Assembly: GCF_902459465.1 (NCBI RefSeq)
Contig: NC_047079.1
Location: 8,370,001-8,434,000, forward strand
Length of the DNA stretch: 64,000 nucleotides
Reading direction: 5' to 3'
DNA from: Asterias rubens
Lineage: Eukaryota
The first letter of the stretch is position 1; every line of letters begins with the position of its first letter. Positions 35,401-46,308 of this stretch are shown piece after piece. Made by a program: the position numbers and the translations under genes. The notes under the pieces were generated by a model. That model was not told the origin of the DNA, searched no databases, and saw nothing but the letters and a program-made list of their open reading frames with translations.

Positions 35401-38400
35401 TCAGGCCTGTTTATTCGAAGAAAAAGGTGGGGTAAACCGAGACCAGTGTTACGACATGGAGTTTCCAATTTAAAAATAAATCACAATCGAAATCGGTTCC
35501 GCAATTTAATCAGGAAATTGACAGTAAATCAAAAGCGATAAGATTGCAACTTTGACGCACTAATTTACAGCATTAATATAAAACTCTCAGTCTGCGGCTT
35601 TTTGTCTATAAGTTTGAGAGAAGCTGATGAAGGCACTGGAAACTTTGGGTGATTACCTCAACGTGTAAATTAGCATACAAACTTATTTTGTAACGAGAAA
35701 CGAGGAGCTGTTGACAGTATAAATAATTGTGAGAAACGACCACCTCTGATTATGAGAAAGACTTCAGGCTTTTCTCAGTCATCTGAAAGCACGTGCAGCA
35801 AGGTTAGTTTTTTTTATAATTATTTCGACGATAGAGCCCTAATTTTCGTTTTTTTTTTCTTTTGTGCATAATTTGGGAAACACCAAGAGAGAACACTGGT
35901 GGTCTTTGGCAATTACCAAACGTTTCCTTTTAAATCAAAAATGATTGACAACACATCAACATTGTCGAGTGACACACACAAGTATCCATATTGTATAGAA
36001 TGATTAAAATAAGACATACCTTCACACGTTGTTCCATTTCCTGACCATTTTCCCGATGTAAGGCAAGTTCTTGAAGCTTGACCAACTAGTCGATATCCTT
36101 CGTCACAGCTAAATAATGCTTGGTTGCCTACTGTGTTGTTAAGCAGAGACATGACGCCATTGGTGGGGCCTTCAATCTCCTCACATGGTTTACCTGTGCA
36201 AGAAGAAACCAGTGTTGTAACAATAATAACAATTCAAAGTAGAAGTTCAACTTTAAACTTGAACGACCAGCCAGAAGCTGTTCTACAATATGAGACGTCA
36301 TATGCCGTCATCAAGTTCTTTTGTTAAAGGCACTAGACACCTATGGTAATCGTGTCAAAGACCAGTATTCCCACTGTGTGTATCTCAAATTATGCATAAA
36401 TAACAATTTAATCTGTAATAAGTTTGACTCAACACCTTTTTTGCACAAGCTTGTGTGCTTTCAGATGCACTATAAAACGCTGTTTTAATATTTGAGCCAG
36501 AAATTATCACTTTCTCAAAACTATACGTTTACTTCAGAGGGAGCTGTTTCTCACAATGTTTTATACTATCAACAGCTCTCCATTGCTCGTTACCAAGTAA
36601 GTTTTTGTGTCAACAATTAGTATGAGTTATTACAGTGTCCTGTGCCTTTAAGTGATATGAGTTATTACAAACAGTGTCCTGTGCCTTTAAGTGATATGAG
36701 TTATTACAAACAGTGTCCTGTGCCTTTAAGTGATATGAGTTATTACAAACAGTGTCCTGTGCCTTTAAGTGATATGAGTTATTACAAACAGTGTCCTGTG
36801 CCTTTAAGTGATATGAGTTATTACAAACAGTGTCCTGTGCCTTTAAGTGATATGAGTTATTACAAACAGTGTCCTGTGCCTTTAAGTGATATGAGTTATT
36901 ACAAACAGTGTCCTGTGCCTTTAAGTGATATGAGTTATTACAAACAGTGTCCTGTGCCTTTAAGTGATATGAGTTATTACAAACAGTGTCCTGTGCCTTT
37001 AAGTGATATGAGTTATTACAAACAGTGTCCTGTGCCTTTAAGTGATATGAGTTATTACAAACGGTGTCCTGTGCCTTTAAGTGATATGAGTTATTACAAA
37101 CAGTGTCCTGTGCCTTTAAGTGATACTCTTTGTCCATTAAGTTGTAAATAGAAGGAAACGTAACTTACCCGAAGATCTAAACCTAGCTCTGAAACCACGG
37201 TTCAATCCACTCTCGTCAGATACGAAGAAAATCTTGATCAGTTCATCAGCTTGGATCTCTTGAGGCCAATCGGACGTCATGTTGCCACAGAAAGGACCAA
37301 GGGTTCGCTTGTCTTGCTTGATCTAAACAAGGATACAAAATCAATGAAGTTAAAAGTACCTGGTGGTACAGAAAGAACCAAGTGGACACAACTTCGTGTG
37401 ACATGTTTTTTTTCTTCCCATTATTATCTCGCAACTTTGACGATTATTGAGTTAAATTTTTCACAGGTTTGTTATTGTATGCACATTGTTGAGATAACTC
37501 GGTGAAAAGACACTTTGACACTTACCAAAGGTGTCCAGTGCCCTTAATTACATTTAAAAAAAAAGTGTGACTCACCCTCAGCGCATCGTACGGACATTTA
37601 GTATCCGAGTGGCTCTCCACGTCAAAATCTTCAAAGGTCAAACTTATGACGTAACCGGCCTCAGCTCGAATCAGCCAATCACATTCAGACTGACGAGGAT
37701 ACGCGTAGGGATATCCAGGTGACGTAATCACACCCGATGGAGACTCGATCACGTTTCCCGAACAATGAACTATTGCAAAAAACAAAAGTACAAATTAAAA
37801 ACGAGTAGTTCAAACATAAGCCTAAGACAACACTGACAACCAAATAACAATGAAGGCAAGCAAAGTGTACTACTCGAAACGTCGAGACCACACCGGCTCT
37901 TTCCAGAGGCAACACTCACACAAAAGAGATACTATATACATGGTACCCGCAAGTTGACTATTTAGTACTTGTTATTCTTCACAGCATGCGAAGCTTCAAA
38001 CACCATTTAAATAACATCGGTAGGAAACTTCTAAACCATGACTCTGTACCAAGTACGGGGTGGTTAAATACATCAAAATATCAAGTGGTCTTTTCTTTAA
38101 CAAAGTTTCCTACAAAAAGCTTTGCAGGACTGTGTTGTCGAAGAAGCATTGGTTTTTACAATAATTGTTTTTCCTTTTTGAAGGGGCTGCTGCTTTGTCT
38201 AATTATGCTAGCTGTAACTGTTTTGCAGGGGTTTCGTTTTGTTAATCTAGTTTTGTTGGAATGCTGTCATAATTGTTGCCTCTGCATTTCTTACTGTCAC
38301 TGTGGTAGAAGTCAATGGTTTAGCTTCTCATAATATGCTGCCTACCTGTGCATGTTTTCTGATCTTGAGACAATGTGTACCCAAACTGACATGAACAGTA

Positions 38401-39884
38401 GAAACTGCCAATGCCGTTATGGCAGAAATGTTGACATTCATCTGTCCCGTCCTTGCATTCATTGATATCTAAAAGCAACCAAATACAGATGATATAAAGG
38501 TCACCGTGGTCGAGTGTGGTTAGACTGCAGGACTTGCAATCACAGGGTTGTGAATCGAATATCCTACAAAGTTAACCGCTGATTCCACATTGACTAGAAT
38601 AATTAAGTATTGTCGTCTAGTTCTAGTTATACAGGATCATAATGTCTTGATTTGTGCAATTCATAATTATAGACGTTAAACCGATGTTTTTATGAGAGAG
38701 ATTGGCTATTGTCAGTTTTGATTGTATATCTCCTTTTGGGAATTACCTGGACGGGAAGCGCATTAAGACCACAAATCTAAAAGTCAAATAATGTATGAAA
38801 GTGAACAGCGCTTTAATTTTGAGAAATGAGTATAAACTGTTTCGTACTTTAAACTTGTAAAACAGATAGTTACAAATCCTTTTGAGTTTCTAGATAATTT
38901 TAGTTCACCTTCTGCAACGTAATGTGCATCAAAGCCGGTGTGTCTCTTAGGAGTAGAGTAATCCGAGTGAAACACAACCACCATATTGTTGGAGAGTGAC
39001 GTCAGGCTGACGTCAGGAGTCTCACGGCCGCAGAACTTCCCCAAAGTATTGTTACCTGACAAAACCTTAGAGAAAAAGAAACATAATCCGATTCCAGTTT
39101 CAGATAATGGAATGTGAAAACCAACTATCGTACTATGTTATCATGTTTGAGGCACTGTACATGCAGTAGGTACGCACTGTCATGTTTTCTGGGCAGAAGG
39201 TGAACAATAGGCCAGGACTGTCCTACTTTTTGCTCTGATAGATCGAAGGGCCTTCTCGATAATATAAACTTCACTACCGCATAGTGAGTTCTTAATTGGT
39301 CTCAACGTTTCGACTAGCTTGCTCTAGGTCATCATCAGGAGATATCACATACCGAAACATCATCACCATCTACATTATCAAGTGTTATTCACACGACAGC
39401 AAGTTAACAGGGGTCCCTGGCTTAACTTCAGCATGGTTGTAAGTAGCAGTTGTTTGACATGATTTTACAAGAGACCTTGAACAGTACAACATTTGTTGTC
39501 CTTTCACACGAGGTACATTTTGTAAAACAATACAACCATGCTACAACTTAGCAAGGGACCCTTGCTAAATTGCTGACGTGTGAAAAGGGCTTTAGCATCC
39601 AGCCACAGTACATTAAAGTCTGGCAACAATAATCAAACCGTACTAAGACATAGTCGGCATTGCATCCCTTGGTTCCAGGTTCCAGATCGAACTCAATAAA
39701 ATAGAGCTTAACACGGTGTCCTGCCTTGACATTGATCTCCCATCGTACATTGAGATTGTCCGGATAGGGTAATGGGTAATTAGTAGACTGGATTATACCG
39801 TGGGTGTCAGACAGCTGTGAGATGGATGATGCATGGTGAGCACACGCTAAAATCAACAGCAGTACACACCAAGAGGCGCAGCGT
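32483..39884 (-). CDS. MASP-like: MASP/C1r/C1s-like serine protease D (divergent; first coding exon not located), at least 684 aa
   Basis: Minus-strand exons 39884-39644 (signal+CUB1a), 39065-38909, 38468-38346 (EGF DINEC), 37769-37576, 37322-37169, 36193-36020 (CCP1), 35000-34812 (CCP2), 34578-34280 (KSR|IIGG, TAAHC), 33705-33501 (DGDVAL), 33165-33034, 32667-32483 ([11 protein letters not shown], stop). All phases are compatible. Several exons are too short to appear in the ORF track. Confidence 0.9.
36324..36651. mobile_element. Non-autonomous TIR element (MITE), TTAA-flanked, AG...CT termini (Kolobok-like)
   Basis: ttaa|aggcactagacac ... gtgtcctgtgcct|ttaa. The same family, full or partial, occurs near 1270, 2120, 15139-15517, 24880-25157, 32147-32460, 35629-35932, 37400-37549, 47270, 56445-56820, 60484-60859. 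Superfamily inferred from TTAA plus purine-purine ends. Confidence 0.75.
36635..37122 (+). repeat. 39-bp minisatellite (about 13 copies) derived from a MITE right terminus
   Basis: Unit gtgtcctgtgcctttaagtgatatgagttattacaaaca, contiguous with the end of the MITE at 36324-36651. Confidence 0.93.
39298..39345 (-). ncRNA. Minimal type I hammerhead-ribozyme-like motif (intron of gene D, sense)
   Basis: tctc-CTGATGA-t-gacctag agcaag ctagtc-GAAA-cgtt-gaga: intact core, 4-bp helix I, about 6-bp helix II, palindromic minimal helix III. Confidence 0.55.
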
Positions 39885-42049
39885 CTGATGAGGTAAACAC
39901 AAAACACAAACATAAAGTGTGTTCATTAAACAAAATATACGTGATGTTCAATAATTCATCACTGAGCTAACACAAAGTGTTCAAAAACACAACATTTTAA
40001 GTTTCAGTTGTTTACATATTTGAAAAGTTTAACGATGCAGGTCTTAAGTTTAAAGAGTTCCCCTTTTAACCACTGTTTAACTTTTGTACCGAAGGTACGG
40101 AACCCCAAAAGGGGCATGTACAAACAATTAAAGGTACATATTACAATAAAATCATTTCGTTACCTCGAAGTATTAATTTGTCGATATCTTTGTTGTTGGT
40201 GTGGCAGCCAGAACGTAGTATAATAAACATGAGTTTGAGTCCTGGCGTCACGGCAACGACATGGCTTAAGGGTAGCGCTCAATCATAAAATAATGTTAAT
40301 GACAAAATAGAGAGACCGGCAACATCATCTAGAAAGCTCAGTTGGTAGACCACCGGCCCGTTAATCCGGAGGTCGCTGAACCAAATCCCACCCTAGTCTC
40401 CTCGAGTACATCATGCAGAATATGAAACATGTTTCAATCGGCGATGTGTTTGGATTTGAAAGTAACGAACGTCAGGGACTCGGTTGCTAATTTAATTAAT
40501 TTCTGCCTACGATGCACGATAAGTAATCTCCTCAATTGATAACCATGACTTTGACATTTTAATCAGAAATAAAAATGATATGTCGACGAAAACAATACAT
40601 AAACTGAAAGCGAAGAATCAAACGTGACTAATAAATCACAAAACAATCTTCTTGAAAACCCTTCTTCTCCAGATGCCCTGGTCGTGTTGCCTCTAGATAA
40701 TATTGGATAAAAATAAAAGGTAATGTGAAGTGAATTTATGACAGACACTCAGATTGAAACATAAGACCTGATATCTGTCTTTATTACACTTCTAATAGAT
40801 GTTAAATTTGCATCGGGGATAGAGAATATTAATTTTGTTTTTTACCCATACACCGATGAGTGTTAGCACTGTATACTCAGTACTTTCCCGAGTCCTGTGA
40901 AAAAATATCACAGCCATGTTACTCGGGTGGGATTCGAACCCACGACCCTTGCAATTTAGATGTTAAATTTGCATCGGGATAAAGAATATTAATTTTGGTT
41001 TTTTACCCATTATGAAGTTCATTAACTCTCCTAGACATTGTTGCCAAATTACAGCCGTAAACTACAACACTCAATCGAAGCAATTTAATCTTAAAGAAGG
41101 CTAAACATCTATCATCTTCATTGGTGATGAGAAAATGAAGAATTGGAGATTTATAACTAATTGAGACAGTGTTAAAATCGAATTTATCAGACCGAGAAAG
41201 ATCCAGTCGGTTCAGGGCAGACATGACTAATACTTATAAGACTTAGATAAACTCAATAATAAGCTCAGAGCAATAAAAACTTACAAGGAAATACAGCCAG
41301 GTCAGAGCAGAATTGTGTCTTTTAAATTTATTCTGCTCCGACGCGAAGTCCATCTACATCTTATCTAACGTCACCATGCGCAGATGTGTCACTCACCATT
41401 TTAGATTGGGTAAGTAATACGTTTTCAAAGCATTCATTTGGTGCGCGTTAGTTGGTATTCAATTCTACAACCAATTCCAGAAGGGATTTAAAAACCATTT
41501 ACGATGATTTAAGATTCTGGTCACGTGATTAAGCTGCTTCAGCTGCGGGAACACACTGACTGTGTCGCTATAAAGTGATAACAGATGCTCATAATTTTCA
41601 TTTTATAACACACTTGGGTTGACGAGTTGGGCAAACAGTAACGAGTAGTTGAAGAATCATCGGATGTTGACTCTGTCTGTAAAGGTTTTATTGAAGAACC
41701 TGTTCTCGAGTAAGCCTAACACCAAAAACTAAAGGTAACTATATTTTCATTTAATACGTATTAAATTTGCATCATGGATAAAGAATATTCATTTAGTTTT
41801 TGACCCATTGTATACATGTACACCGATGTATGTTAGCACTATATACTCAGTACTCCGAGTTCGGTAGACAAAAATCACAGGCATATTACTCGGGTGGGAC
41901 TCGAGCCCACGACCTTTGCAATTCTAGACCAGTGCCTTAATTATGGGTAAAAACCAAAATGAATATATTATTTCCATTGTAATGTCTTAACCACTGCCTT
42001 ACGTACATATATTGGTTTTGTTTTTCTTATAGCCTAAGGTAAGGTTAAT

Positions 42050-42870
42050 ACTCCACAATAATGTAATTTCTCTCCGAATGCTACTACTTTGATGGTCTGG
42101 AGTAAACATCCTGAGGCACTCCTGAGGTTTCTCACTACAAATACGTAGATGATATGTCGTTGGTTCAAACATATCGTAATAATGACCAAACAAGTTTAAT
42201 GCAACAGCCGCTTGATTGTTTGCATTCCTGGTCATTAAAAAATCACATGCGACTCAACCCCAAAAAATGTCAAGTCATGATTTCTTGCTTCCAAAGACAC
42301 CAACCTGTTAAGCCGATTTTTCAAATTGGTAATAATGTCAGCAATCAAACGAACTGTGTTAAGCTTCTTGGCATTCATATACCAGAAAACCTTAAATGGG
42401 ATACTCAGGTTGATTACATGTGTAAAGCCTTCAACAAAAAACTGTACTTCTTACGTCAACTTAAACGATGTAACATTCCTGTTAATGACTTGAGAACAGT
42501 GTATTTGCAATATGTTCGACCAACTCTTGAATACGCCTCACCTGCTTGGTTTTGTGGTCTTACCAAAGTCCAAAGAGAGTGCCTCGAGAAAATGCAACGA
42601 AAGGCATTCTGTATCATACTTACTTGGAATTTTTGTAAATTTAAACCTTATGGTGATATTTGTGTGGTGCTTATGGCCCCTCACTGAAAGACTTGAACAG
42701 CTCTCATTGAACTTTGGTAATTCGCTACTGTCCTCAAGCAAGCATAGAGAGTGGCTGCCTCCTGCAAGGAATAATAACCTTAGGAATTCCGAATCTTTGT
42801 CTAGTATTAGGTGCAGAACCAACCGATACAGGTCTAGCCCCATTCCCTACCTCACCAGTATTTTGAACAT
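42050..42870 (+). mobile_element. 5'-truncated non-LTR retrotransposon (CR1/L2-group) RT C-terminus, frameshifted
   Basis: YVDD at 42142 in frame with LNPKKC, VKLLGIHI, LYFLRQLKR, VRPTLEYASPAW. After a frameshift near 42660 it continues to RTNRYRSSPIPYL. Boundaries approximate. Confidence 0.85.
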
Positions 42871-43049
42871 GTTACACATTTTGGCAGGCCTCAAATTTTT
42901 ACCATCGATTTTATTCCCAGTTTTTATTTTCTTGTTTGTGTGTTTGTTTTGTCTTTTTTACCTTTTTGCGCGTGCGTGTTTGGTTTGTTGTTTGTGTGTT
43001 TTTAATGTGTTTGTTTGTCTGGTGGAGTGTTTGTTTGTCTGGTGGAGTG

Positions 43050-43179
43050 NNNNNNNNNNNNNNNNNNNNNNNNNNNNNNNNNNNNNNNNNNNNNNNNNNN
43101 NNNNNNNNNNNNNNNNNNNNNNNNNNNNNNNNNNNNNNNNNNNNNNNNNNNNNNNNNNNNNNNNNNNNNNNNNNNNNNN
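43050..43179. other. Assembly gap (130 N) inside GT/GTTT-rich simple repeat (about 42935-43300)
   Basis: Run of n flanked by gttt-type repeats. Confidence 1.
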
Positions 43180-45967
43180 TGTTGGGGTGTTTAATTGGTT
43201 GTTTGTTCGTTTGTTTGTTTGTTTGTTGGGGTGTTTGTTGTGGTGTCTGTTGGCGGGGGGGGGGTATGTTTGTCGGGCTGCTGTTGGGTTTGTTAGTTAA
43301 GTGTGCTTGTTAAATATTTATTGTTTTTGTTTTATCTAATTTTAGTTCTCATAACGTCTCTTTTGACTTTGCTCTTAATTTTTAAATTTTTCTTGTGTAT
43401 GAATTTTCTCTCTGCTTTTTAATTTTTTTTATATAATAATGTAAATCTGTATTTTAATTCAGTCTCTGGACTGCGACAAGCAGATGTTTTTACAATAAAC
43501 CAGTAATAATAAAAATACATTTTAGTCTTTAAAAGAAACGTTTCTCCTCAGACTTCGTACGGCAGGTGTCCGTTCGTGAATATATAGATCGACATTTATT
43601 TCATTTACGGCTTGAGAATACGGTTGGTCCCAAAGTAAAGAGTCTATCCACTTGAAACTTTGACATGTGACTTATTGTATCTGTTCTGGGATAAATTTGT
43701 TTGCAAAAGAGCATTACATAAAAAAACGACAACCCCACCACTCAAAAAAGCCATGCTCATTTATTTTTGGTGGTATGACCTCGGGATGTGTAATTTGTAT
43801 CCGAAAGCCTTTTACTTATTGCTTGTGACAGCACCGAAACTATATAGGGAAAAATGTAGTGTTCAAATGGGTTAGGGTTAGGACCGAAACTAGGGAAAGA
43901 TGTAGTGTTCAAATGGGTTCACTAGAAAAGGGGAAATGGGAACTTCTGCCCAATATAAATTCAAAGCATAGTTTCCGTTTGACTTTTCCTATTTGCAAAC
44001 CCCTTTTACGCTTTTATTTATTCTGTATAAAACAAAATAACCCATTGGGACATGCAAAAGTTTGGAAAATGCAAAAGTTGATCCGGTGCGCAACGACAGG
44101 ATGGTCACTGGGGAGAACCAAATATTGCCCAAGAGGTTTAAATAATAATCAAAAAGGCAAATGGTTTACAACATTTTCCTTATTTTGTATTTGAACACTG
44201 TATTTCCATGGTGGAAATGTAAGGTTTGTAACGGGCAAATAGAGACCACACCGCGTCGGCTAGTTCACAATTATCGGAGCTTTCCGATTGTACAGTCTCA
44301 TGAGGCTAAAACCTCAAAGCCTCGAAGCATGAACCAAAGAAGCCGTGTTTTCTCATTCTTCTTCTGCCTTTTACTTAGTTTCACTTCCCTTTGAATCAAC
44401 AAAAGGGACACGACTATTCATCCTAAGGATGGGTTACTGGGCAGAACTAATAGCAATATCGGGACTAAGAGCATCATCTTAAGAATGGCGGCACTTTAAT
44501 CTATCGGACAAAGAAAGTACTTCCATTAAATACAAAACACTACTTTACCGCTGGTAGGTCAAGTATCTTTCACAAAAAGATGCTTAGTTCCCAAAGGAAC
44601 TGTCAGTCAATAATATTGTCCGTAAGGAATCATTGAAATGGGACTTTCAAATTCCACACTCTTCAGGCGGTTTGGGCAAACACAATAGGTTGGCTAAAAT
44701 ATAAACCAGCTATTCTTCGAGGTAGTCCAAGAAGTTTATTAAAGCTCAGGGAAAAAGTCTAGCAAAGTGGAATAGGATCGTTTTGAAAACAGAAACACAG
44801 GTCCGTTTCATAATATATCTGCATTTATCATGCGGCCTCCATCTTTGTCTATAGTCTTCGAATCGAATAACAGTAATGAATCATGATAACAATCGCTTAA
44901 CAATGTCCGCCAAATCATTCTTTCACAGAGCCTAATGGCGGACAACTCTTTTAAGAGTGAAAGGCGGATACTTTCAACTCGGTTCAAAGTGAAGTTCGTT
45001 CCACCAGTTTCACTAAATAAAAGTGACACAGATTGACTTTCACTCTCAAAAGAGCGAAAGTAACACCACTTGAAAAAAAGAGTGAACTTTCACCTTTTTT
45101 ACATTGAGAGAGTGTTTTGCTCTTACAGCCTCGGTTTGATAACATTTATATCAATGGGAAAAATTCAAGATGGCTGCACCATGATAAAGGTCTGTACTAT
45201 TTTAGGCCACCGGTTTCATTTATTATGTAACGTACAAAACAAGATTAGTTGGTGTGTCAGTCATTTCCTCGAACAAGTGCCAAGGCACACCCATCGTCTC
45301 TTCACAGAAACAAAAAGCTGGTGTGTTCCACTGTCCACTAGTCTCAAAATCAAGTCGGGAATAATTTTGCGGTCTTATTCCAGCCATACTCTATGTTCCA
45401 GCCCACCTGTCTGTGTATCGTTCCCATTTATGGGTGCGTTCGATTAGCTTCCCTGGGTCGAACCCGCGGTGCTCACTTGGGTGAGCCCCTGACAAGAGCT
45501 AATCGAACGATCACACTCGAGCTCGCCCTCTCGTGGTGACGGCATGCACCTCAGGTTCCCGAAGTGAAAGTGTGTTAATTGTTCTTTTATGGTCGATAGA
45601 CTGTCAATTTGCAGAAAGATTTGTTTACCATTTTGCAAAATTTGCTAAGGTTATTTGGCTTCAGAGCCTAAGCCCAGGAGGAAAGTGAAAGTCGTGATAA
45701 AAACAAGTGCAGGTGTCAACTGAATCTGGCAATTATGGGACAACCGTTTACAGTAAACCTCTCGACAAGCACATTTATTATTTCTCATGCTGTTAAAAAA
45801 AAAAATAGTATCTTAGTCTGGTGCTTCCCTCCTCTCCCAAAGTCAAGTAAGTTTTCGCCTTTTGTTTATTTATATATTTGCTCGCTCTGCGAGGACATTA
45901 TTCGCTCTGGATTGTCGGCGATATCTGTCTCTCTCTCTCTCTCAAAAAAAAAAAAAAAAAAAAAAAC

Positions 45968-46308
45968 CGCGACGCTTTTTCACGTGTTGCTTTTACTGTA
46001 AACATCCACAGTTTATGGTAAAAATGATCGGACAGTTTCTAAAACCAGATGTATACTTTAAAGGATCCTTTAAAGTATACCTCTGGTTTTACTTTAAAGG
46101 ATCCTTTAAAGTATACATCTGGTTTTACTTTAAAGGATCCTTTAAAGTATACATCTGATGTATACTTTAAAGGATCCTTTAAAGTATACATCTGGTTTTA
46201 CTTTAAAGGATCCTTTAAAGTATACATCTGGTTTTATAAACTGTCCGATCATTTTTACCATAAACTGTGGATGTTTACAGTAAAAGCAACACGTGAAAGG
46301 GCGTCGCG
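45968..46308. repeat. Long palindrome (about 98-bp arms) with a tandemly amplified palindromic centre
   Basis: Arms are reverse complements with 3 mismatches. Five tactttaaaggatcctttaaagta centres (GGATCC at 46063, 46099, 46135, 46172, 46208). Confidence 0.93.

Noticed and set aside
37870-37960. Fifth hammerhead-family copy
   Set aside because: Retains GAAACGTC and the tail but the CUGANGA core is lost; counted only as a repeat fragment.
41391-41399. ATG|GTGAGT on the minus strand as the first exon of gene D
   Set aside because: It is a phase 0 donor, but the 39884 exon needs phase 2; the phase-2 reading would create TGA.
44390-45030. Coding-like stretch with faint BEL/Pao-integrase resemblance (KWDFQIPHSSGGL)
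   Set aside because: All frames are interrupted and the similarity is too weak to call without a profile search.
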